Shown here one piece after another: positions 23,480-36,140 of a DNA stretch of 64,000 nt (position 1 is the first letter of the stretch; every line of letters begins with the position of its first letter). The notes under the pieces are model-generated. The model saw nothing but the letters and a program-made list of their open reading frames with translations. It made no database searches and was not told where the DNA came from. Origin of the DNA: Cirrosporium novae-zelandiae (taxonomy: Eukaryota); the NCBI GenBank assembly GCA_026023565.1, contig JAPETS010000020.1, forward strand, positions 310,001 to 374,000, in the 5' to 3' direction. Position numbers and translations under genes: made by a program.

Positions 23480-25960
23480 ATTATTCCGTATTCGCCCCCC
23501 CCCCCCCCTTATATATATCCACCGCTGATCCGTTGATTGTGTTATACGGCCAACATAAAATAACTGCTTAGCGGTTAACAATTTATAAAACATTTCGATT
23601 TAAAAGTTCTACACAAACTATTATATTACATTATTCAACGAGTTTAACTTTCATATAATATAAATCCTAACATCTATCTATTTTCTACCCATTCCACTGT
23701 GCCCCCCGCTATCTACCTAGCAGATTGAATAAACAACAACTTTTCCATACTAATTTATTTATTTATTTGGGGGGCCTTTTAATAAGGTGGATGTGATGTA
23801 GAACATGTTATCCATATGACATGACATGACATATGGGGAGGAGGGCACTTTGTATCCTTCTTCTACATGAATTATTATTATATACTTTTCCCATGCCCCT
23901 TTTTTATCCATCTATCCACCCCTCTCTCTCGCTCTTTGTATAGCTATTCTTTATTAGGTTTTGTGCAGGGGGGGGGGGGGGGGGCACGCTATAGTACCTA
24001 TTACCCTCTCCCCCCCCCCCTTTTTTTTTTTCTTTCCACCCCCACACTTCTTCTTATATATTCACATTTTGTTTTTAAATTTTTTAATTACAAATCGTTA
24101 GTCTTACGTGGTGGAGGAAAGAAGAAAAGGGGGTTTTGATTCTAATCAAGTAAAAGAAAAGTGGGAAGGGTAAGGGTAAGAGGGTAAGGGTAAATAAAGG
24201 TGTGTCTGGGTTATAGGAACACCCTTTTTTGGGGAAAGGGGGGGGGGGGGGGATAATGAGGTGAGGTCTCTCGGGGTTTTGCTGTTTGTTGGACTTGGGG
24301 GTAGTAGGGGGGTTGGGACTGTGGGAGTAGGGAGTTGCTGTAGTAGGTGGAGTGGGTGCCACCGAGCCATTCTCAGGAGTCATGACATGCCCTGTATGGG
24401 AGGTATCCTTCACGCAGATTATACTTTCCCACGCTTCGTTCACTCATACGGCAACCCCCCTCCCTCTTTCCTTCATTCCATCTCTACAACAAATTCTCAT
24501 ACATTACTTAAATTTATACATATAGAAAAAAAAATATGGACATGTCTTCTTAACTTACCTACATAAGCACTTAGAGATAGATCTATATATTTTATTGAGA
24601 GCCATATAGGTTACCTAGATAGATAGATAAATAGATAAATAATTCCCCTAGCCTCTAACCTAACCTAACCTATTTATTCATCTATCTATCCATGACGTAA
24701 CACTATAACACCCCCCCCACACATAAATCCAAAATCCAAAATGAACCTTAACCTCACCCTCAACCTCACCTACCGTTAAAACCCCGCCGCCGCCGTGGCC
24801 ATCGTCGTCATTAGAGCGGCTTTGAAAATTCCTAAGCTACAAGTACCTAAAAAGGGGGGGGTTTTTGGGACTGTTTTCTTTTTTTTTTGTTAGATAAGGA
24901 TAGGACCTTGGATTTGAATGGATGATGTTAGGTGTGGGTTTGAAAGAAAGAAGAGAAGCTTTCTTGGTATACGGTTAGTAATGTAGTAAATAGAGAAGCT
25001 CTAGAAAGAAAGAAGTGATATATATATAAAAGACAGTAATATATCTATACTAGTATACTGACTTAACTCAGTACAAAGCTTCCACCCTCTCCCCCCCCAC
25101 CCCTCTTCCCGAAGAGCCACTATAAACCATATCTATATATCCATACATACATACATCTATACAAAGAAAAGCAGAGCAGAACTAATACCCAAAAACCAAA
25201 AAAAACCAAATATGTTTATTTTTTTTTTTTTTAATTAGAACTAATCAAAATAGCTAAAATAAGCTATGGGGTAAATTATATGGATATGGATATGGATATG
25301 GGTATAGGATATAGATATAGGGAAGGTATATAACGTATAACTTATAAATTCCATGAATGCATATCTTCGTTCTCCTATTGGTTCTATGGTACGAGATAGG
25401 AAGGGAAGGGAAGGAAGTCCCCTTAAGACTAGATTTTTTTTAGGGGGGGGGGGGGTAAAGAAAGCGAGGAGGAGGAGGAGGGAGGGGGGAAGGGAAGGGA
25501 AGAGAAGGGATGAGATTGGTTATATTTACCTAAAAAGGGTCAGAAAATAATTGTTTGTTTGTTTGTTTGTTTGTGGGAAAGGGATAATAAATATAATAGA
25601 TTTAATTTAGTAAAGTGTTAAGTAAGATATAGAGGGAGGGGTGTTAGGGTTGCTTTAAGCAGACAAGCAAGCAAGCAAGCAAGCAAGCTGCAAACTGGGG
25701 GCTGAGTTAGTTAAAGAGATTATATAAAAAATTCGATTCCGAGGGTGGGTGAGTGAGTGAGTGTGTTAATTACGTTTGATACATACTGCTTATTCTATCT
25801 AGATCGGGGTAGTGGACAATTGTTGGTCATGTTCTAATAGGGATACAACTTCTCCTCCTCCTCAACGGCCTTAGGATAGATAAAAAGAGGCTTTTAGTGC
25901 TTTAGGACTCCCATCCCCTCCCCCCCCCTCCCGTTTTCCCGCTCTCTCTCCCCTATCCCT
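23480..25960. repeat. Low-complexity intergenic tract (poly-G/C/A/T runs; TAGA, TTTG, GCAA and GGATAT microsatellites)
   Basis: Directly visible homopolymers and short tandem repeats; no credible ORF. Confidence 0.8.
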
Positions 25961-27751
25961 TTACCCACTCCCAGTTCCACACCCCTGTAAAATCCCACTC
26001 GGCACCAAAGATCCCACAAGCAACATCCCAATCCAAGGACTCCTCACCAATCCCCCAATCTCCTCCGAAGCCAATCTCATCGCCTCCTTCATACTACCGG
26101 TACCGGCACCAGCACTAGTAGTAGTCGTAAATCCTTGATCCTGAATCCCTGAACTTGGGGTTGAGATTGGGGTTGCTGGTATGTATGATTCTCCGTTTTG
26201 GAAGGCATTCAGGGTTACCCCGCTATATAACGAAGGAGCTAGAATAATGATGAGCGTGCTGATAAGTTGGAGGATTGCGAAAATGTTTGTTGGGGATCTT
26301 AGGAGCGAGAGGGGCTTTGGGTTTGTTGTTTTGGGGGGAGGCGTTTGGCGTAGGGGGGAGAGAGTGAGGCGGATTGCGGATTGGAAGAGGAGGGAGAGTG
26401 TGGATGCGGTGGATAGGGGGAGGGTTTGAGTTAAGACTGTGGCAATGAGGGTGGTGGTGGTGAGCGTGTTGAGAAGAGTGGTGAGGAGTTGGGGGGATGT
26501 GAATGTGTGGTTGTGGTCTTGTTTTTCCTTGAAGACTTTATCTTTGTGGGATGCATTTTTGGAAGACAAGGCGACTCTGCCGCAGCATCCTGCATAGTGA
26601 CAACCGATACGACCGATAGCCTCACCGAGGGGAAACACTAGAGCTAGAGAAGCGAGCAGGTGAGTTCGATCCGAGGGATCCTCTATAAAAGGGATGAAAT
26701 TGACGCCTAAAGCACCGGCGAGCATGGCACCTTGAAGCCAGAAGCCACTTCGTGCGAATAGTTTCGAGCTGACTTGTCGATGGCTACCATTTTCAGCAAT
26801 AATAGCTGGGATACGTGCGCCCGCCAAAGCGATAAGGCCCGCTGATAGAAGCTGGAGACTCAGCTGGAAGGTGTTGGAGTTCTCAAGAGGGGCTTTTGGG
26901 GAGGTATGTGAGAAGATAAAAGTGGTGAGAATTGCTGTAGTGAAGGAGGCCGCACTGAAGAAGAGGCCGTAGAGTGGGAGCTTGTATCTCTGGAATAGGA
27001 GGAGGTGGGCTGGTTTTTCGGAGATGAAAGTTAGAATCTTTAGGGTTGATAGGTCAGACCGGGCAATATTGAAGATAAAGCGAGTATAAAGAAAGAGGGA
27101 GATGATGTTCATCCATAGTAATGGGTTTGAGAGGGTGTATTCTCCCAGAAATGAGGCGGCGTATACGATTGGTGGGACTCGGAGGAAAAGGAGCGAGAGC
27201 GTGTTGATAACGCGGACCCTGTAGGCCAAAGACGACGTGTCTGCTTTGAGGCCTTGATAGACCAGCATGCACGCTAGGTCCGAGAAGAGCTCTGTGAAAA
27301 GTGATGCGTAAATGGCGTAAATCGGTCGCAGTGGCAGCCGGAATTGGAGTTGATAAAGTAAGTAGCCAAGAGATGAGAGATGGTGGACTACGTATCCATT
27401 GGAGTAGTCCAATCTATTCAGCTCGGATATCCAGAGAACACCCCGCGAGGCCAGGCAAACTTGGCCTGCTGGAGATGATTTTTGTGGTTGGCCGAGGACG
27501 TCGTTGTCACTGGACGATTCTTGCAACGCTTGAAGACATATAGGAGTTGCAATAAGGGTAACGAATACGCCTATAGCGAAGGTCAAGTATCGCACGAGTG
27601 TCTGCTCTGCTTGCAAATGCTTATAGAGATTTGGGCTGACATGATGGAGCACCTTGCGACCAATTCTTTCTAGAATATAATAGGAGGAAAAATAAATTAA
27701 GAGTGATGACATGGACAGATAATCTGTCTCGGCTATGAAAGTGGTCTCCAT
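25961..27751 (-). CDS. Polytopic membrane protein: TLC (TRAM/LAG1/CLN8)-like N-terminal domain fused to a prolipoprotein diacylglyceryl transferase (Lgt)-like domain
   Basis: Intronless; probable ATG at 27751 (METTF), TATAAA about 50 nt upstream. TLC-like VVHHLSSL, FTELFSD, LFLRVP. Lgt-like LPLYGLFF, LAGARI, GFWLQGA, PLGEAIGRIGCHYAGCCG, SPQLL, SAIRLTLSPLR in canonical order. Confidence 0.75.
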   Translation of the reverse strand: METTFIAETDYLSMSSLLIYFSSYYILERIGRKVLHHVSPNLYKHLQAEQTLVRYLTFAIGVFVTLIATPICLQALQESSSDNDVLGQPQKSSPAGQVCLASRGVLWISELNRLDYSNGYVVHHLSSLGYLLYQLQFRLPLRPIYAIYASLFTELFSDLACMLVYQGLKADTSSLAYRVRVINTLSLLFLRVPPIVYAASFLGEYTLSNPLLWMNIISLFLYTRFIFNIARSDLSTLKILTFISEKPAHLLLFQRYKLPLYGLFFSAASFTTAILTTFIFSHTSPKAPLENSNTFQLSLQLLSAGLIALAGARIPAIIAENGSHRQVSSKLFARSGFWLQGAMLAGALGVNFIPFIEDPSDRTHLLASLALVFPLGEAIGRIGCHYAGCCGRVALSSKNASHKDKVFKEKQDHNHTFTSPQLLTTLLNTLTTTTLIATVLTQTLPLSTASTLSLLFQSAIRLTLSPLRQTPPPKTTNPKPLSLLRSPTNIFAILQLISTLIIILAPSLYSGVTLNAFQNGESYIPATPISTPSSGIQDQGFTTTTSAGAGTGSMKEAMRLASEEIGGLVRSPWIGMLLVGSLVPSGILQGCGTGSG

Positions 27752-28319
27752 GGCTTGAGTGACTTGAAAAAGTTGAAGCAAAGGAGCTGGGAGACTCGGA
27801 TTTATATCTATATTAACAAAGAAGGCATTTATCGGATATCTCCTTCGCCCAGCTCCGTCTGACTCAGAACTAATGCGTCTGATAGTCAACAACAGGATTT
27901 CTGCAAGAAGTCGCATTCAAAAGACTCAAAAGAAACCCACCAAAAGCCTTTATGGAATAGGGTCAATATATATACAGGGTAGTCTTGTGGATAGAAGAAG
28001 GCCATGTCTGTCAGATTGTACCAAATTATCAGTGCTAAATGTCAAAATCGGCCGATCCAAGCATCGAAATAATTAAAAAATACGGATTTCTTATGGGGGT
28101 CAACTTCGAGATTCCATAAAACTAAAGGGTGATAAGGATATATTTCCAGAAATAAACCAAAGCTAAACTAAAAAACCAAGGCTCGCCGAGCTGCCCGTTT
28201 CTGTATAGCTGCTTGTTGCGGAGGTACGTTAAACCCAATCTATGAGACCTCAAGTTCATCTTCCCTTTGAAAGAATCCTCCAATCTGTCATTTTATGAGA
28301 ATAATTGCAAAATTCTGCT

Positions 28320-30211
28320 ATGACGGAGGAACAAGGACAATCGAAAAGTGCTTCCAAGTATCAATTGAGAAGTGTCTCTTACCAGAACGAAAATTGCGAG
28401 ACAGACATATCAACTTTCCAACCAACTCTACGGACTTACCTCGCCTTCTATGCTCTTTGTGTTGTTGTTCTCACGGAGTCCCTTGATGGAACTTCAATTG
28501 GTGTGATACTGCCAGTGAGTAGAGCCGAACAACTTCCAACTTTATAACGAGGGGTTAATGCAAATTAACAAATAGTCAATAGCCCAGGCTATAAAGAGCA
28601 GTACAACAGCAACGTTTAGTCTTGGCACCAGCTTTCTTCTTGCTTCTACAATCTTTCAGCCCGTCTTCACGTCACTCTCATATATATTCGGGAGGAAGCC
28701 CGTACTCCTAGTAGCTCTTGTGTTATTCTTGACAGGTGCCGTTATTGCTGCTCTGGCAAAAGGCGTAACTGTCCTACTTATTGGTCGTTGTGTGCAAGGG
28801 ATTGGAGCTGCGGGAAGTATCACATTGACTGTTGTGACGTTGACCGATATCGTACCATTGAGGCAACGTGCAAAATGGATTGGGGGATTAAATGCTATAT
28901 GGGCGATAGGTATGGAATGTACTTCATCTTGTAAATTTTCATGTTTGATGGAGAAACTAGGCTCCGTGAGCGGTCCCGTTATTGGCGGTGCTTTTGTGCG
29001 AGTGACTTGGGTAGGTATTCCCAATCTTGTCTGAATATCGATGTGTACCTTTCACGTGGTTGGGCTTTTGGTCTCGAGATCCGGCTAACCCTAAGTAAAT
29101 GTAGCGCTGGATATTCTGGATAAATGTTCCTCTCGTGGCCACAAGTTTCACATGCATCGCGCTCTTCCTTCACCTCCGGGTTCCCAAAGGTCCACATAGC
29201 TCAAAGTTGATCAGAATTGACTATATTGGAATAATTCTATTCCTCTCATCCACAACCGCATTCCTAATACCGCTTACTTTTGCAGGAACAGTATGTCCAT
29301 GGTCATCTTGGCGCATCCTACTTCCTTTTATTCTAGGCATCACGGGATTCGTCATCTTCATTTTTTATCAGAGATCGATAGCATCCAACCCGATGATCCG
29401 TCTCTCGGTCTTCGCCAACCCTACCGCCAACATAGGCCACGCTGGAACACTCGTTCATGGTATTCTTCTGTGGATGCTTTTGTATTACCTCCCACTGTAC
29501 TATGAGGGTGTGCTAGAATACAGCCCCATGATGACAGGAATTGCTGCTTTCCCCGAGACCTTTACTGTAGCTCCTGCGGCGATTGTAACTGGTCTCGCCA
29601 TTAGCAAATGTGGTCGATACCGCTGGGCGCTCTGGGCTGGGTGGTTAATAACAACACTTGGTATGGGTCTGCTATGCCTTCTTGATATCAACACTTCAAT
29701 TCAAGGCTGGGTATTTATCAACCTTGTTCCTGGTCTCGGGCTGGGGATGCTGGTCCCTGCAGAGTCATGTTCGATCCAGGCTGCCACTAGCAGCGCCGAC
29801 GCAGGATATGCAATAGCCATGTACTCATTGATTAGAGCGAGTGGACAGACGGTTGGTGTGGCAATCGGAGGGGCAGTGTTTCGGAACACTTTGAGTCATA
29901 TCCTACAAAATCAAGATATGGGAGCTGATGTTACTGTTGAGGGACTGGTGGAAGTTATCCGAGGGCTTCATGGAGATTCGCCAGATAAGATAGAAGTGAA
30001 GAAAGCGATAGTCGAGGCGATGAAGATGGTCTGGGCAGTTGGATGTGCATTAGCTGGGTTCGCTGCATTGTCGATGGTATGGGTCAAGGAACTCAGTTTG
30101 GATAAAGGATTGGAGACTGAGCACAGCGTGAACGTTGGAGAGAGAGGCGTGGAGTGCGTCACTGAAACAGGTGACGTGAAGAAGAATAATAATAAGAAGA
30201 ATAACTCGTAA
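28320..30211 (+). CDS. MFS drug/H+ antiporter (DHA2-like, 14 TM)
   Basis: SLDGTSIGVILP, SYIFGRKP, GRCVQGIGAAG, DIVPLRQR, GPVIGGA, WRWIFWINVP, IDYIG, YYLPLYYE. Introns 28515-28575, 28910-28960, 29011-29104. Confidence 0.9.
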
Positions 30212-30837
30212 TGCCAGACGAATAATACGTACACAATTCGTATAACATGAAAAAATTGATTTCTTGTTGGAGATAAGATGGTTGAACTAAGCTTGAGTGG
30301 CATAGGTGGCTTTGTTTGTTTGTTTGGGGGGGGGGGGGCTATTCCTATCAAGATTAGGCGGGGTAAACAAGCCCCCAAGCCCAAGGCTATGCCCATTCGC
30401 CCCAAACCCCAAATGCCATACCCCACCATGCCCACCATGCCCACCCCCAGCAAACTTATGCTTGTAGTAGGTTGGCTTTACATAACGTCATTCATTATTG
30501 GTCACAGCTGAATTATTATCTATTCATTCTTAGTTTCAATGCAGAGATCTTCATAGATATGGGGAAAAGGTTTCTATCAACGCAATCAGGGTAACACAAT
30601 GATTATTCACTATTACTTGTAGTAGTAGAGTAAACATGTTCCTATGCCCCCCTCCCTCAGTCGTCTCCCAACGCATCTTTCTTTTTTCGCCATCTCGACT
30701 TCCCATCATTGGTAAATCAAGCCGATAGAGGCGTTAGATCAGCTACGACTTCTAAGCTGATCTCACAAATCAAGACTCTAAGAAAATATAAACAATTTAA
30801 ACTATCTCTGAAGCTAAATTGCCAGGGACCTGAAAAT

Positions 30838-31788
30838 ATGTTCCCGAATAACCTTCTGACTCGAGTGGCTCAGAACAGGATCTGTACCGTCTGTACTTCC
30901 CAACCTTCCTTCTCCGATTCAAGACTGAGCTGTTAACTGTTACTCTGCATCTCCAGGCTCTCGGCGTGAAGCTTGTTGTGGGTCCAGAAATAGTCCACAT
31001 ATCCAAATCTGCCGGCTATGATTCACTTTTCATTGACCTAGAACACTCGACACTGTCGCTAGGGGATACGGGCAAACTGTGCATTAATGCACTGTCGGCT
31101 GGGGTTACACCATTCGTGCGTGTCCCACATCAATGTGGAAACGGCTTTGTCCAGCGAGTGCTGGATGCCGGCGGCATGGGAGTTATATTTCCGCATATCC
31201 ATAACCTTGGTAAAGATGCCATTGGTTTAGTTAAAATCTTCAAGGTGTTGGACTGACAACATGTCAGCCGATGTGAGAGATGCCGTAAAGATATCCAAAT
31301 ATCCACCTCTGGGCAAGCGTTCGCTCACAGCAGCACTTCCACAATTTGAATTTGCCTTGACTCCAGCCAGCACGATCACGACTGAGGTCAACAAATCCGG
31401 TTCTACTGTCTTCTTGATGGTTGAAACCGAAGAGTGCCTCCGAAACATTGACGAGATAGCCTCGGAACCTGGGGTAGATGTATTACTTGTTGGCTCAAAT
31501 GACCTAGCTATTGAGCTTGATACATTGGGTAACTGGGATGACCCTAGGTTCATTGAAGCCCTTGAAACAGTTGGGTGTGCTGCCAAGAAACATGGCAAGA
31601 TATTCGGAATCGCTGGTCTATATCACCGGCCAGATATCTTAAGTCGTGTTGTGAACGAAATGGGTGCAAGATATGTACTGGGAGGCCTAGATATTGGAAT
31701 GATAACTTCTGCAGCCTGTCAAAATTTAAAGCTTCTGCGGTCCATTCAGGGATCCAGTCCGAATTTACCAAGGCAGTCCTCGGATTAG
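30838..31788 (+). CDS. HpcH/HpaI aldolase / citrate lyase family protein
   Basis: GYDSLFIDLEH, PFVRVP, RVLDAGGMGVIFPH, YPPLGKRS, MVET, GVDVLLVGSNDL. Introns 30889-30956 and about 31210-31268. Confidence 0.92.
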
Positions 31789-33699
31789 AACCCTGAGTGT
31801 CGCTCTAAAGCCACTTGGGTGGTCTTACATGATAACTTCAACGCCCTCAAGGCACCCTTGTTTCTTTAGGGCTACAAAGCGCCAGTATCAGAATTCCCTT
31901 TTTCTAATAGGCTTGTCTAGCGGCTTTGGAGGCATTACTCTATGTTTGGGAGTATAAAGTCTACTTACCTAACATTTTCATAGAAATGAATGATTCAGTT
32001 TGTCATGTGTCCAGCAAAGACTGGTTCCCATAACATTATTTTAACGGAACCCATTGGTCTTATATTAGTAAAAAGATTTAAAATTGATCAAGGTGAAGAA
32101 TACTCACGTGGAACCCCATATACAAGTTAAACTGATACTAAGAATGTTCCCCAAATCGCGATTAGGGTGAAAAAAAAAAACAACCAAAGCGTTGAAGACT
32201 TACGAAATTCATCCAATAAATTCCATCTTCGAGAAATACAAGGGAAGGGCTTTAACAAAGCTACACTTTACTTTCCTTGCTCATGTCTCCATTTCCGTCA
32301 CGGCGAGATGCTTGCGAAGTAGCACCGAGAAGAACGGTATGACATCCAAGTATACTCGGAAATCCAGCGACCTTTTAAATGGGTTTGATGACAAACCTCG
32401 CCACAGTCAATATTTATTCGCCACCAGTCCCTATTCTGGTTGTAGCTGAGTATTGATTATACTGGGGGATCTCTCACCAAAAGTCAACAATAGCTTGTTG
32501 GCGTCGCTCACTGGAAACAGCGTCAAGGGCAAACAATGGTTCCCTGTATATCATACGAGGGCTTTAACATGTTCCTCACAATTACTAATTCCGAGGCGCC
32601 ATCACTATCCATCTCCAGGCTTCGGCCGTCTCTTACGTAGGAGATCACCCTGGCCGCGTTATCCTTGACGAATATTGTTAAGCCATCTTTGTGGAAAAAG
32701 TATTCTAGAAGATTTTCTAGCCAGCATTCCACCTCCAGTTAAACCAACCTAACAACTCCGAAAATTATTTCCTAGGTATTGTCAGTTTTCGGAAATTGTT
32801 TCACGGATCTTTCTATAAAGATGGAAAAGCGCTATTGAAGTTGTAATGCTCGTTCAGGATCAGGAGATGTCACATTTGTTGTACATGTCGTCGTTTAACT
32901 GCCGGCCAATTAAGGAAGACTTCCGACGTTGCTTGTCACTGAGTCGCTATGGTGTATAGACTTGTACACACAACCAATTTCTAAAGAGGGACTGGAGTAC
33001 AATAATATCTATTCTAAATCGATTAACTTCTAGGTGCCATGTCCTGATTTGGAGAGATCTGGGCAAGGTCATAGCTTCACATTCGAGATTGATTAAAGAA
33101 CAGTCTGCTATGCCTCTAGAATTGGCTGGAGGGAAGCTGGATAATAAATTTGATGTGCTCAAGGGATACGAGTTCTTTGGCTGCGGCGATATCCGGATGC
33201 CGTAGGATAATAGCAATAGTCCCAAGCTCGAGGTATAGACTTCATCCCCCTAGATTTCCGAGCTGCCACGGCAAGGAAATTTGGAAAGAAGTTAACTTTG
33301 AATGATGGTGGGACAAAATTTAATAACAGGATTTGGCTAATGCATCTATCTGGTTCATGTAACACCGGGAATGTCTCAGTATGTGTATGACTGGCTGGTT
33401 GATAGGAGGTGGTCAATGTATAATAATGACGGACAAATGGATTATTAATATTTACATATCAAAAATCATGCGGACAGCAACCAGAGTCCCGACAAGACCA
33501 AGTAAACAAAGGCATGGTACTTGGCAGATTATTATGGGAAGTTCTCAGTCAACTTGACAAAGTGTAATTAGATATAACTCGGCTTACCGGGGTTAAATCG
33601 GCACCGGATCGGGGCCGAAGAGCTCAAGGTCATTGTTTCTAAAGCATTGGATCGATGTCTGATAGAGCCTCAACAAATTAATAACAGGACTGTTTCACA

Positions 33700-35233
33700 A
33701 TGGCTTCATCAGTATCTGTTTCATCCAAAAACCAATTCAGACCTTTTTCGGTATTATTTATCGGCGCTGTACGTATCTTTCCTTCAAGGTTTCCACACAA
33801 AGCTAGAGTCCGGCACTGACAGTCTGGTTTTCCGGTCCTAGGGCAACATCACCTTTGGGAATGACAATGTTCGCTGGAACCATTCACTGCGTCTCGAGGT
33901 ATAGCTTTTGAGCCTCTTCCGCTCTCTAGATTTCCACTCATCTGAACCTTCTGAACAGAGACATCTCGGTACGCGTTTACAGGTGGTTGGCATTGTGGAT
34001 CCATCCATTCCACGGGTCCAACATGTCCTGACTCAGAAGGCATCATCCGCTGCCGCACCGTGCTATGCGAAAGCTAAGCACTTCTCCGATCTCCTCAGTG
34101 CCCATGAATATCTGAAAGATGATCTACCCGACCTGATCATTGTGGCCACTCCTCCCCATCTTCGTGGGACGTTACTCCCAGATCGTGACCTTGAAAAACG
34201 CGTCATTACACTCTTTGGTTCGTCGCCTGCGCTGTTTTGCGAGAAGCCTGTCTCTACTGCATACCCCCATTTTTCTTCTGGAGTGGCGACAATGTTGGAA
34301 GAGTCGGGGAATACCATATCCGTCGGCTACATGATGAGATATCTAAAGGTAATCCAAAAGGCTATGCAAGTGATTCGGAACAACAATCTTATCATAATGT
34401 CCGTTGTTGCTCGATATTCAACTGCTTACTCGAAGATGAGGAAGTTTGACTGGTGGGATAAATCGAAACAATGTGGTCCTATCGTGGAACAGGCAACCCA
34501 CTTTTGTGATCTATGCAGATACTTCGGCGGGGACATTGACCTAGACTCAGTACAAGCCATAGCACTGGAGCATTATGAACGGCCAGGACATCTAAGCCAT
34601 CAGGATCCGGCAATTGATGAGTCAAAGGTCCCAGAAGCAGAGAGAATCCCCCGAGCTACAACTGCAGTCTGGTGAGATCTAATGCCCGGTTCAATGGCCG
34701 GGGAACAGCGTCTAAACCTGATTGCAGGAAATACGCCTCTGGGGCTTTGGGTTCTCTCACCCACATAATCGCTCTTCATGGGATCAGTTACTCGAATGAG
34801 ATTGTTGTGACTGCTGACGGATATCAACTCCGTCTGGTGGACCTATATACAAAACCTACACTGTTTGTGAGGTAGGTAACTTTATATTTGGCCAAGGCGT
34901 TATATGAACTAATCCCACGTGCTTCTGTTAAGGCTAACCTAACATCTATGTAAAAGGACACCAGCATCGGATCAGCGGGAAGATGTCTATACATATCCCG
35001 GTGACGATCCTTTCTACTCAGAATTTGCTAGTTTGATTTGTGCTATTGACAGTCGAGAGTCTCCTTTGAATACCTTTTCACCGAGTGTGAGTTGTAGCCA
35101 CTTACGGGATGCCGGCGGACCAAGTCAAATCCTTTCAAGTTACCGAGACGCCTTTAAGACATATGAGTTTACATGGCGGATTCGGGATAAAAGTGAAGAG
35201 TCGAGCAGGAAGCTTCGGGAGAGCAGACTGTGA
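33700..35233 (+). CDS. Gfo/Idh/MocA family NAD(P)-dependent oxidoreductase (yeast YMR315W-like), multi-exon
   Basis: FIGA/GNITFG, WNHSLRLE, ATPP, FCEKPV, VGYMMRY, GPIVEQATHFCDL, RATTAVW, DDPFYSE, YRDAFKTYEFTW. ATG at 33700. Confidence 0.9.
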
Positions 35234-36051
35234 TGCTAAGAGCTCCCTCATGCAATAGAGTGCTCCACCTAGCTAAATAGAGATGGCAGCCCCAACTAAG
35301 GAAGCGGTATCCTGGCGGTACGGCAACGCAGAGGTAAGTTCTATTGAATTCAATACGGCCAGACGAATGAGACGATGAGGTTGTTGAAGACCGACATTTT
35401 ATCGATTTTTGACCAAGTTCATTGATTCTCCAACGGCCTTGGTAGTAGTCAATGAAGCTAGTAGATACCTGAACGGACATTTCTCCTATTCTAGTTGTTA
35501 CTGTAGCCATTAAGCTCTTGACAGCAAATGCATGATTATGGGGTTTTCTCGGTAGGTTCAGGATTGAACTTTTGACAGGATCCGAGAGTCCGAGGGAGTC
35601 CAAGAGGAATTAGGTGGTAAGTATGTATAGTAAGCGAGGCTGATGGGGGGTTGGCGTTGGGGGGTATATCGGGCTAAGCCAAAGCCAAGGGTTTCTTGAC
35701 TTTATTGTTAGTGCCTAAGGATATTCCCCGAGACTTCAATCGGATTTCATCTTGTCAACGAGGGTCTGCATTTGGTGATAGCATACTCGAGTAGACTAAA
35801 TCAGTAATTACCTTGTTCAAGGCTTTGGCCGAAATCGGTGAGCTCCAGTGCCAGCTTAATTGATTGATTGATTGATTGATTGATTTGATTTTATAAGTGC
35901 GGGGAAAACATGAACCATGATCCAATCAATCGAAGTGGGCGTAAGGGATCATCATGCTAAATAATGTCAGCAATAAACAATTCAAGAACATTGGGGGTCA
36001 AAAAAATACTGATAATTTTATTCTTGATTATTGTATTGCCTGAGGTCAGAC

Positions 36052-36140
36052 CAAACAATAACAATAACAACAACAACAACAACCAAACAACCAAACAACC
36101 AAACAACCAAACAACCAAACAATCAAACAATCAAACAAAT
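36052..36140 (+). repeat. (AAC)n and (AACCAAAC)n tandem repeat
   Basis: aacaataacaataacaacaacaacaac followed by repeated aaccaaac units. Confidence 0.85.

Noticed and set aside
24650..24780. Telomere-like TAACC/CCTAAC repeats
   Set aside because: Only a few imperfect units, not (CCCTAA)n; part of a general low-complexity tract.
31900..33600. Short ORFs between the aldolase and the oxidoreductase
   Set aside because: All are under 100 aa, without motifs or a consistent splice model.
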